64,000 bases of DNA, from NCBI GenBank assembly GCA_002633005.1, contig NMRA01000001.1, forward strand, positions 2,024,933 through 2,088,932, read 5' to 3'. A program made the translations under genes and the position numbers. Source of the stretch: Phoronis australis (taxonomy: Eukaryota; Animalia; Phoronida). Shown here piece by piece: positions 10,870 to 23,100 of the stretch. The notes beneath the pieces are model-generated. The model did no database searches, was not told the DNA's origin, and worked only from the letters and a program-made list of their open reading frames with translations. Position 1 is the first letter of the stretch, and each line of letters starts with the position of its first letter.

Positions 10870-13800
10870 CTTATACTAAAAGAGAGAATACCGACCGAAA
10901 AAGAAGAAAGCACATCTACAAAATGGCTCAAAAAGAACATTCTATTACAAAATAATTCTGAAAGTTATGTAAATTTCTACAATAAACGATACGACCTTGG
11001 TGATGAAGCCCTTATTCATGTGTTAGAAAGGATATAGTGAATGAATAAAAAACTTGAGACGATTTGTCTTGGCAAAATACAGGGCATTTCCAAATTACGG
11101 GACACATTTTTCTTCAATCTACAAAAGCAATTATTAAAAAATTAATGACATTTAGAAAATACATGCTTCCGACTTTTATTTAGATATCTTTTTAAGGGAC
11201 ATTTTAACCTGAGAATATCTCATAAAAACTCTGGAAGCCTTCCAAATGCTCAAATCACAATCTGTTTTTCTTGTGACTTATGTACCTGGCATGATATTTG
11301 ATTAATATCGAAATGTTGTTTTCATGTTGCACTCTAGCATGGTTTTTGTTTTCCACTCCATACTTATAATTTGGCCAAAAACTAATATCAATGTTATGAT
11401 CACCATGGCAAACAGAGCAAGTGAGTGTTGACATGCTGGAGGTGTCCATTTTAAGAATATAATTTTCAAACGATATGCGAGTACAAACTCCCAGTTTAAT
11501 CTACGCTGCAGGTAAGAAGTGTTGAACTGCATTATCTCTTTTTTGAGTAACTGCTATTTAAAATGTCTCATAATTTTGAGATATCCTGCATATTAAAATG
11601 TCCCCACACAATTCACCGGTTGTTCTGGAGCAGGATGACTGGTGTTCATCACTGACAGAGGAATGGGGTAGGCCTGCAATGCAGTGGACATGCACATGAC
11701 ATAGCCACTTGTATAAAGACAAAAGTAAAGACTCACCAATTTCTTACAAATCTAATTGCCAAAATTTGTTTTCCTTCCTTATTCAAAGACTTATAACATT
11801 TCTAATTATGCCCACAATTTCTCAAAATCATTGTCTGATGGTGGCTGTAATATTGAACTTTAAAAATGAAATAGTACTTATTTGGTGCTACTCATCTTTT
11901 ATGAAAGAGTGAAAAAATGAAATTTCTCTTGACGGCCAAAATGTGTCTTGGTGAGGTTTTACTGTACAACACACCAACTTAAACTGAAGCAAATTTTCCT
12001 CAACATCACGGCAACAAAAGCAATACATTCACAAACAGAACAAGGTTACTTACATCAGTTTAGTTAAAACAATCCAGTATTAAGAATGATTTAAAAAAAC
12101 GAACTTGGTTCAAAGAGTTACTTGTGATAGTCGTTTTTTTAGATAATGCAATCCAGACGCCAAGGGATGATTAACAACAAGATTTAAAATGTCTGAAATT
12201 CCATCAAAATGGAGATTTTGCATTTAGTGGGAAAGTGACTTCTTAACATCTAAACTTGATCAAATGAGAAATTTAAAGGGACCATTTATAGTTTTTATAG
12301 GACAGAGATTCAACCTCATTTGCTGATAATGGAAACAACTGGATTGCAGAGATGTGAACAAACTGAATGTAAACAACATAGCTCAAGAATTTAAAATAAC
12401 AACCATATACTCAAAACGCACATAATCCTGAAGGAACATCAAATTATCTTGGTATTATTAATCATAAATTTGCAACAACAAAACTTACTTCTGATATCAC
12501 TAAGTCAATACAAGCTTAACAATCCATGGCACAATTTAAAACTTTAAAGTGCATTTCGAAAACATTCCTGGATCTCTGCATATGCTCCAATAAATTTGTA
12601 GTTATGAGAAGCTGCGAATTCGTAAATTGAAAATCTATAAAATCTATGGTGTTTTGACTTTCCATGAAATTACCTAAATTTGCAAATCTCCAGGGGTGCC
12701 CGGGCTGGAGACATGTCATTGTATTATGTTCATTTTCACTGATAAACCCTTTGTTAGTGTCCAATTATGCACAAATGACCCTATGTTAAGGTCACATTTT
12801 TTCTACAAAAAACTATAGTGCAAAAATTTTTATGCCTGTTCAGCAACCACCTGTGCCCACATCACGTGACCTAATGAATATAAGTCTGAAATGAAGTCTG
12901 TCCCAACCAGAACTCGAACCCGGGATCTTCTGTATGGTGAGCAGAAGGTGCTGGCTGGGACAGAAAATAAATTTTTTTTCAGACTTATATTCAATGGGTC
13001 AAGTGATGAGACCACAGATGGCATGCTGACCAGATTATAAAATATTTGCGATATACATTTCTACGCCGGTTTAAGAATTAACATATCTATGTAAAAACTA
13101 CGATAGTGTCAAGTTTTTATGGTGGGGAAAATTTTCCTTGTTGAAAAGGGTACAACAGGGTAAATATTTTGAATCTTCTTCAGAACATTACAATCACCAA
13201 AAGCAGGTCAAGATACTTGGGTGAATCAAAAAGACAGTGGTAACATTTGTTCTCTGGATGAAGCTAAAGCACCCTGAAATCAAGCACTTTTGACATCCCA
13301 GTTTGTGTCATCCCGAAATCAAAATTGATTACAACACCAGGTACTGCCTCAAAACAAAAGTGTAAAAAAATAAACAAACTGCAGCTTTAACTGGACATGA
13401 ATAGGAGAAATACAGAATAGGAGAAATACAACTACCCCGTCATCACGGCTAACAGCAGTTGCAGCCAAAAAAACACGTGATAAGTCACACTGGCTGTAAT
13501 GCCTCCTCACAACTCTTCCATCTTACCAAACTTTCCGTCATTCCTGGTGTCCGTTTCATGAAAATGACAAGACTTCAGACAGAAATTTGGTCTTACGCTC
13601 CACATATTAACTATTTCTGAAAAACAACTAAAACTCACCTTAGCAAACGAATAAAAAATCTGAAAATATACCCATAATTCTTAGTTATTGGGAAAATTTG
13701 TACAAATTGTTTCTTGGCAGTCATGTGCTAATCATTGCTTGGCTAAACCTTTATTTGGCAATTGTGACGTGAGAGCACAAGACCAAATTTCTGTCTCATA

Positions 13801-14161
13801 TCTTAAGAAACAGACCCCTGGTTGTAACAGAGAGCTGCTACGAAAGACAGTGAGTTCAACATCTGCTCAGCCACGATGAAGGGGAATTACAGACCATTTT
13901 GGCTCAGTGTACTGTAAGAATGATCTCTTTAATTTTAACACTGAATACAATCAAAAACAGTCACTGAAAAGTTTTCAATTTTTGATTCAACTCGAAGGTA
14001 ATCGAACCCTATTCATAATTTCAAACACAAATTAACATTCTCTTAATAACCAAATATTTTCCTTCAAGTCAAAACCACAGTCAAGACCCAAATTATTGAG
14101 AAAATATAAGAGTCACAGCCATATTTACTCGGCAAATTAATTCAAGAACTAAAAACCATTT

Positions 14162-17100
14162 CTAAATGGCCGGATCGTCGTCGTCGTCATCATCCCCAGT
14201 CAGCAGCAGTTCCCTGTTGGCGTAAGGATTATTTCTTCTCCGCCGGATGAATAGGACGACTACAACTACAATGGCTGCCACAACAACCACTGACACGCTC
14301 ACACCAACGGCGATCCCCACTGTCTCTAAACAAAGCAATTCATGAGATGGTTAAAAGACTTATTATACAGCATACAAATTCAAGTGAATCTTTACCCCAC
14401 GCTCGTAAAAACGTCTGAAGCAAATCAGATTCCTGCAAGCCTTGTTACTAAAGACAGAGACTTCTTGTCAACCATCATAGTTTAAGCATTAGCCAAGATA
14501 CCTATTTGCAGATCTGCCAGGGGACTTTAGAGTCAATCATCACCTGGCTTATTAAATGTTCTATACGTATTATGCGAGGTTTTCAGATAGCGTATGACAG
14601 ATCTATTGTTTTGTATGTTGTCATGACAATGTTATATGTTTGATTAAACTAAGGTTTTGTTTTGACGACTACTTTTTGAAGAAACTTACAGTTAAAAAAA
14701 AAAGAGTAATGCTTCGATGCAATGTTGTCACGACGATACTTACGGCTTGAGTTGTCAGTATTTTTCGTGGAGTTATAAGGCGGCGGCATCTTGTTTCCTG
14801 AAACAAGCATAATGCAGTAGCATCGGTTGACACTCAGTGTTCACATTAGATTGACAAACTCGTGTACCCACAAGACTGGAAAATATGAGACCATCAAGTA
14901 AAATGTGAGCTGGACCAGCATCACCAGTGAACAAAGTAATGTATTATCTCAAAATACGATTATTTAGACAGTTTGATATTCAACTGCAGTGGATAAAAGC
15001 TCACACTTCATTCAGAAGAACTTTAAAAAATTTGTGCGCCTCAGGGACCTGTGTTTACTGTGAACTTTGCCTCCCTTTGTAATAAAACCATGCTTTTGAT
15101 GCAAAATCCACTGAAGTTTGAACACCGGACATGACATTGAGGTGCAGCAGTCTTGTAATTATAATAAAAGTAAATCCGCCACTAGGATAGTTGCCAACTC
15201 TGATTTCTGAAGCGTGAGGAGTGCCCTTCAACTATCACAAGGTAAGAAGTTAGCTCAATTCAGTTTACTTTCCAGCTGTCGCTCATTTATACAACTGGAG
15301 TAATGCATATTAAGTGTCTTGCTCAGTGACTCAGCTACACGACTACAGCAACAAGGGACTGAACTATTAACCTCTCGGTTGAGAGTTCACCGCACTCACC
15401 ATTGAGCTTCATACACAATGAGTTCATAATAACGACAGTAATAACTAGAAAGATTATTGTGACAGCTTGATAATAATGGACTCTGCGCGTGCGCTTTACT
15501 GGAATTGTTATGGGAATTATTGACAACAACCCGTTTACCAATATGAAAAAGTTTTCATTAGGAGAAATTACATGTTGATAATTTGCACTAAATGACCCTT
15601 TCCGGTGCATTATGAGCCCTGATGAGGGAATAAGTGGGTGTAAACCAGAAGAAAAATGTGGTTAATGCTAAAAGTCACAGACATCAGTCTTTAAGCACTT
15701 TAGAATACAAGATGAATGAATTGGTCAGAATTTCAGAAGAAAACTGCACCTAATGACCCCAAGGTTGTACCAAATGACCTGAAACCTTACAATTCAAAGT
15801 AAATTGCATTTACTAAACAGATATGTAAATTTGAAAAATGTAGAAGTAACCTTTTGAAAATTAGATGACCTTTGCACTAATTGACCCTATCCAGTGCATT
15901 ACAAGCCCTTTTTAGTTAAATTATTGCAAAGTCTGTGAAAATTGTCTTCAATGCTGAGAATCACAGTTGTCTAACTGCTGTCACATCAGAATACTTGTTC
16001 AATAAAAAGGTAAAAATTTCAGAAGAAAGATGCACCCAATGACCCCATGGTTGCACCATATGACCCGAATCTTTGGATTTGGAACTCAATAACATGTTCC
16101 AACCAGATTTGTGAATATGAAGTGTCTAGCTTAAAATCTTACTTTAACATCCCATGACCTTTGACCTGTATAACCTGACTGGATGACTCAATTACTTAGA
16201 AAAACTAATTTTTTAATTGTCTTGTTGACTTACACCTGTGCACCAAATTTCAAGAAGAAACCTTTGAAACTGTAGAAGAAGTTGCATTTTGAAAATTATA
16301 TGACCTTTGCACCAAATGACCTCTTCCAGTGCATTATGGAATATGATTATATAATGAATCAAAACATATATACTGCTAAATATCCTACCTCAAATTTGAA
16401 GGAGTTACCTGCAGTCATTTTAAAGTTATCAAGTGTCAAAGTTGGTCGGAAGAAGCATAAGAATAAGAAGAATAAAATTGAAGAAAACCCAGGAACAGCA
16501 GTACTCTGCACTAATACACGTGCAGAGTAATTATAGCATAATTATGATACGACTGAAAATAACCATGATAACAATTACGATAATGACAATAACAAAATCT
16601 GTAATGGAAAGAGCATGACAAGCAATGATGATGGCATCTTGTCATTTTGTGAAAAACATGCTTTGTAAAGCTTGCCGGAATTAAATTAAAAGTAGAAAAA
16701 ACCACTTTATATGACAGACCGTATTACATTAGCTACATGTGTAAATTAATATTGAACACTTCTTCAAAACTTTTTAATGTCAGGAAGAACCAAAATGCTA
16801 CCACACTGCAACCAGCACAATTGAAATTGAAACTTCTTGAATAGTAATTCTGAATTTCACATCAAATAAAGCTCGCTGAACATCAGTGACAAGCAGTCAT
16901 TGCGCCATACAGCTGCCAAACAGGATGAATCCTTCAAGTACCAAAACCAATTGTATTATAAAGTCTCAAAGTTGACGTTTTTGCATTTCCACTAAATCTT
17001 TACCTGGCTTGGCTGGGTATGTTGTGGTTGACGGCACTGGTCCACACAGGCCGTTAGGCTTCAGAGGTGCACCGTTCGAGCACTGACACACTGATTTACC

Positions 17101-20100
17101 AATGTCCGTTCTGTAGACGCAGTTTTCAGGCTCTTGGCAGGAATGCAAATCCTCCAATTTACAGTCTTTGCCATGAGTTTCTAGAGCAAGCAATGTAGAC
17201 AATTTAACTTGCCATGTATTTGTCATTATTTTCAGTATTATTATTATATACTATTTGACATTCTTATTATCACACTTAATTCTTCAGTTATTTCGCACAA
17301 AAACAATCAAAATGGTCATTTCTAAATATCTTTTTTCAAAGGGTGTCCAAATTGTTACAGATAGTCAAAATATTGACTGATGATCAGGGTAGTGGTGGTC
17401 CATTTAAGTAATCGAATTAAGAGACTTAAGCAAGGCTGATGATAACAGAATACAATTTTTTGACTTTCACCGAGGTCAAAGAATTGGTTTTCAAACTAAA
17501 AAATGTGACAATGATTGAGGCAAAAGTGATAACTTGCTTTGTGACCTGATTTTTTGTGACCGTCGCGAAACATTTGCCACTCAACATTGTGTGAAATAGG
17601 ATGTCAAAGGCAACAGTCATATCACCTAAAGAGCACTTAATGTACCATTGATATAATTCTACTGTTCGGCAATAGTGCTTGCTAAATAGCTGAATAATGA
17701 CAGTAATTTCAAAGCTAACACTGCAACTCAACCAAAAAAACTAATAGTGACACTTCAAAAAACATTGCACCATGAACTTTTTATAAAACATATACTTTTA
17801 TTGAGTAAAATCTACAGTTTTTACAGGCTTGTAAAAAAAGTCCTTCATAGCTTTGACAAGAATTAACTCGTCCATAGATTTTGAATAAAGGCCAAAAGTG
17901 GGTAACATTTCAGGCAGATGTGCACTTTCTTAAGTACAGTTGCACTACAGAGGGCTACAGTCGACGTGCAATTCCAACACCGTTGTTGGCATTCATGTGC
18001 TTGCGACACATTTAGGTTTTTCTGTTGTGGAGAACACTCATGCTGATTACGCGATACAACAGACAATGTTTTACCTGCGGTTTTACATTGACACATCTCC
18101 AACATTACTAACAATAACAATAGTGCACCAGCTGGTTGCTGTTGCTAGGTAACAACGCGAATGTGGAGAATGACTCACTAGACTTGCTTGGTGCCCCTGG
18201 AGTCGTCACAGACGGTGGTGGATCAGTTTTGGGTTTTCCCGTTGGTATATTGCAATGACTGTTGTGGTAAATTTCTGAGGGAGGAGTAGCCCTTTGGTGA
18301 CCAGAGTTGTCAAGCTTCACACTGACCAGTCTTCGGCTCAGGGAAAGTGGAGTAAGCTTATAGTCAAATGGCAGCTCAACATCTATCCGCAAGTCAACCT
18401 GAAGGAGAACATTAATTTGAAGCACTAACAAAGAGGGTTTTATTTTCAGTCTCAACCTTAAGGACATGGATTCAAAAGCCACATACCAGAACAGCACCTT
18501 CTCTAATTCTGCAGTAGTTACTTACAATGCACTGGATTACTAGGACACCTGACTCCCATTTGTACGCTATCCCTATCATAATCATTAAGTATCTTATATT
18601 TAGCTCAGCTTGCTGTCCGTCATTTTAAAGCCATTCCAGTTTTTACTGTCCTACAGTCAGAAGCAATGTAACACAAGACTGAAAAGCCAAGATAAGGATG
18701 ATAAATCATTCATCACTTGACCAACTTGGCTCAGAAGTGCATTAGTGACCCTGCCCATCAAAATATCAGTTATATACAATGTTTCCCTGAACGAGTGAAT
18801 GAGGAAAGAGATTAATTCAGAATATTGGAATAATAGCAAACTTTTCATATTGGCGCTCTCTAGAATAATGAAAGCACAAAAACGACTTCTGCTTGATCCT
18901 AACTCAGATTTGGTGGACAGAAATTCAGCTGCTACGCAGTGATTCAATTATATAAAAAAGAGGGATAAATCCCACTGCCAGTCCCTCCGATTGTTTGATC
19001 GGGTTAAGTTCACTAATTTAATCTTAGCTTTCTAACATGTGCTGGGATTGAAAGTCTCCCACTTGATCAGTCACAGCAGGACGGACTTTGCAGCTCGGGA
19101 TACTACTACACAGCGAGAAATGTGTGGAACATGCTGTCCATCATCTATTGATATTCCAAGAGGTTTGCCTTTTTCCAGAAGCTGCACAGCAGTGGAAATT
19201 TGCCAGCATTATAACAGCAGGAAAAGTGTTAAAACACTGTGTATACCAATAGGTTGAAACCTCCCGCTTGCATTACATGGGACCTGATTGCCATGCGGTG
19301 GTATAGTAATATGGCGCAGCTATTTCAAAAATCAGCTGTGATGTTTTGAAGGAAGATTTATTTATTTCAAGCTTAGAGTAACCATATGTCAATAAAGCAT
19401 AAAAATATTTCCAGGTGAGCAGTGCAATGGGCCCACATGCGAGGCCTGCGCACGTCTGATACACGCCTGCAATTATTTTTTTTTAAAATAACGGTAACTA
19501 CTTCGAAGTTCTTTCCTGAGTGAGAGAACTTTATCTAAAACTCCATCTAATGGAAAACTACGAGAATTTCTTGAAAGTCTGTCAACACCTCCTCGTTTAG
19601 CTGAGTGTTCATCAAAGCCTATTTTTTTCTGGCACAACACCAACCAGCTAGATAGATGGGTGTGAAAATTTGATTTTATGTCAAAATACAGCTAGGATTA
19701 ACGATATTTATTGTCGTTTCAACGCTTCAAGCAACCACAGAGGAAATTGATGCAACAAAACAGAAAATGAGAAAGCCGTTCCATTTCTCATAAACAACAA
19801 TATTAATTACGGGAAGATTTTTTTCATCAAAGGGTCGCTAGTAAATGAATTTTGATGCTGATAGCGATTCTAATAACACCAGGCATGGTTGCTTCGTTTT
19901 TTGAAATCAGACAGCACTCCTGTAGTTTTATTAAAAGATGTTGTTAGCTGGGCAGTTGATCAGTCAAGTGTGCTTGGCCATTTTATTGACAAGATAGTAC
20001 ATGCATGGACATTCCTACATAGGTTCTCAGCTCCTGATGTACATTCTAATGTTGGCTTTTCGTGGGGTTAGAACTAGGTTAAACGAGCTGAAAGAACCCC

Positions 20101-23100
20101 CTCACCTGAATAGTTGAAGTACTCCCTCTCTCTGAAAATGTCACGTTCAAAATTGGGCGCAGTGTGGCTCCACCACCCATGATCTGATACTCCGCACCTG
20201 AAAATAATGGAGAAATACTCTCAATTATAGTACCTGACAACATGCACATTCTAGAGGATACTGATGTCACATTTCACAAGTGTTGTGTCGTAAACGTAGC
20301 AAACCCAGGCCCTAATGTGCCAGTCCTGAAGCCGAGTGAAAAACCGACACTAAAGTCACAACAACTCTGTAGGGACTACAGAGGGTGCTGGTGGCAGTCC
20401 GCAGGGTTTCGTGGCAATAGCCTGTTTATGAGTGTGTGGCAAGCCTGCGACTTACAATCCCTCAAATACGGTAAAGTCGCGTGATTTTCGGACGGCCCGC
20501 CATTTTCGACCAAGATTTAATATTTCCGAAATGAGTTTTTCATAGTCCACGAAATTCGTACAAGGTCCAAAAACTGTTTTTTAATGATCTTCGAACTTCG
20601 GACAATGTCATAAACGTNAGCTCAACATGGCCGACACATCGTCACCACATCACTTCCAGTTATTTATAATGATCAAAAATCATGCAAAATGACTTACGTA
20701 AAATGTGTCGAATTGACTATTGTAACATTGCTGTTTATTTATCCGCTAGTAACAAAATTGAAGGCAGGTAATCGCTGCATACCTGGAATCATGGTGTGGC
20801 TATAGTTGCGTCCATTATAGAACCGCTTTTTCCATTGGACGGGTTCTTCTTTTGCATCTATGTACATATCCATAACCTTCGCATCTACGTAGAAAGCAAT
20901 GCCAAGACAAAAGTCGACTTCAGCTCTGACGTTTTTAAGGAAACTCAATCGGGAATCCTGGAATAGAGGATCCACAGTCAAAGCATAAAAGCAGAAACAT
21001 GATGTTGATCCAAGTACTTGTGGTCTCCGGAACACATCAGAACCAGTTGAAGGCATTAAGTCATTAAGACAAGTCTCGCTTGCCACAAAACTTTATATTG
21101 ACAAGAGCAACATTCACCATGATGTGCATCTCATGTAGCACAGATACAAATGTCATTATTTCAAACATTTTCAATAAAGTCAGCAATGCTCATAAGTAAA
21201 GTTAAAGAGCCCCAGGGAGTGAAGAGCAAACCAGCAATACTTTCTTTCATAGGAACACACCAGCCACCTTTCAGCATGGTTGCAACATAGAACAAATCCA
21301 CATGTTCCAGCAGGAACACACATGTCAATATGACCCTTAGAGTGGTTTGACTTAGAGGAAGACACCAAATACAGAGTTAAAAACAGTAAAAATGGCCACA
21401 AGGTGGCGCAGAATATGTCAAATATATCTGAAAACCGGATAGACAACTATTTGGGAAATTCATGAAAATATATCAAGGAACTCTGTAGACAGAGACATAC
21501 ATAAAAAACTAAAATGGTCTCTAGGGGACACCGCAGTCAAAAAGTTCGCTTGCGCTGTCCCTGTCCAAGATAGGAACATGTCTGCAAAATTTCACGAACA
21601 TGCACACAGGGGTCCTGGAGATACAGAAGCGGACACCGCATGGATGGACTGGCTGACAGGAACAGCTTTCCACTATGTACTTCAAAAATAAAAAATGGTG
21701 GATATTGAAATGATGCGGTGAAGACATAAATCATTTGAAGTTTACAGTCCCTGACACCATTACAGATGGCACTAGGTACAACTGACCAGTGGGTGGTAAA
21801 ACATTCAGACTGTAGCATTTTTCTAGGTCGATGATTAGATTAGGCAGAAATTAATAAGATTATAGTTAAGTTTGTGTCCCCTCACCACCTACACGCATAA
21901 TACGTGCAATCAGAAAAGTATTTTTTTCCCACGTTTTTGAAAAAAATGAGTGTTCCTCCACGACAGAAAGTAAAAAAAAAACGAGAGCAATGCCGAGCGT
22001 TGAAATGCCCCCATGAATGAACCGCAAATGGTGTGCTTCTAGGATAGTTTGTTTCATAAAAATAGCCACTAGATGGCACAAAAACATCCAATCCATCTGA
22101 AAACGTGAAAATGCCATCGCTTCTTTAATAGAAAGCTACCAAATTTCATAAAAATCTGTCAAGAAACAAAGGAAAACGGAAAAAATGAAATAGCCAATAT
22201 GGGGCACAGCGTTCACTGGATTGGCCTAAAAGACATTATCTGTTGTTAGCTTCATATAAATACAATTACTAACAAAACTACCACTAGAATGCGCCACAGA
22301 AGTCGAATTCGTAACAGTTAACCATCCTCTTCACACTGAGAACATACATGCCAATTTTCAAAATCATCCTTAGAACGGTTTGGTTGATCGAGGGGTGGAC
22401 ACCAAAGAACAGATTCGAAAACAGGCAAAATAACCACCAGGTGGCGCAAAGTACCTTGATTCCATCCAAAAACGGGAGGGTAGCATCATCTCACCAACAG
22501 ATGCCTATATTCCAAATTTTCTGAAAATCTGTTGAAGACATTTGAAGATACAGAGGCAAACCTAAAAAATTAAAAATGCCACTAGGGGGCACATTGTTAA
22601 TCAGATCCATCCGAAAGTTGTTGTCATTCGTTGTGAACATAACATAAATACACTTGATAAATTTAGCAAAGATCCTGCAAACGGTTTAGGAGATACAGCT
22701 ATGGGAGCAAAAAAACAAAACTGCCACTAGGAGGCACCACAGTATAAAAAATTGTCGGAAAATCATCATCAGCCGTCCTCTTCATAGCAAGAACATACAT
22801 GACAATTTTCACAATCATTCTTAGAGTGGTTTGGCTGAAAGAGGGTGGACGCCAAAAAACAGACTTAACAACAGCAAAAATGGCCAGTAGGTGGCGCAAA
22901 CTTCGTCGAATCCACCCAAAAACGGAAGGATAGCGCCATCTCACTAATAGATGCCCATATGCCAAATTTTATGAAAATATAGAGGTAAGCGTAAAAAACT
23001 TAAATTACCACTAGGGGGCACACCGGTAGTCGGAACCGTCCGAAAGTTCACTCATGCCGTACCATCCATGAAAGAAATACAATTATGTGCCAAACTTCAT

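Noticed and set aside
11196-11605. Imperfect inverted repeat gggacattttaa...ttaaaatgtcccc, possibly a Tc1/mariner-type MITE
   Set aside because: Arms are short and degenerate, and no termini or TSD could be fixed.
21866-22965. Similar short ORFs at 21.9-23.0 kb and 30.6-31.1 kb, and CRISPR-like periodicity
   Set aside because: The similarity comes from the non-coding repeat family. Motifs are ~13 bp at ~145-bp spacing with mutually homologous spacers, in a eukaryotic genome with no cas genes.
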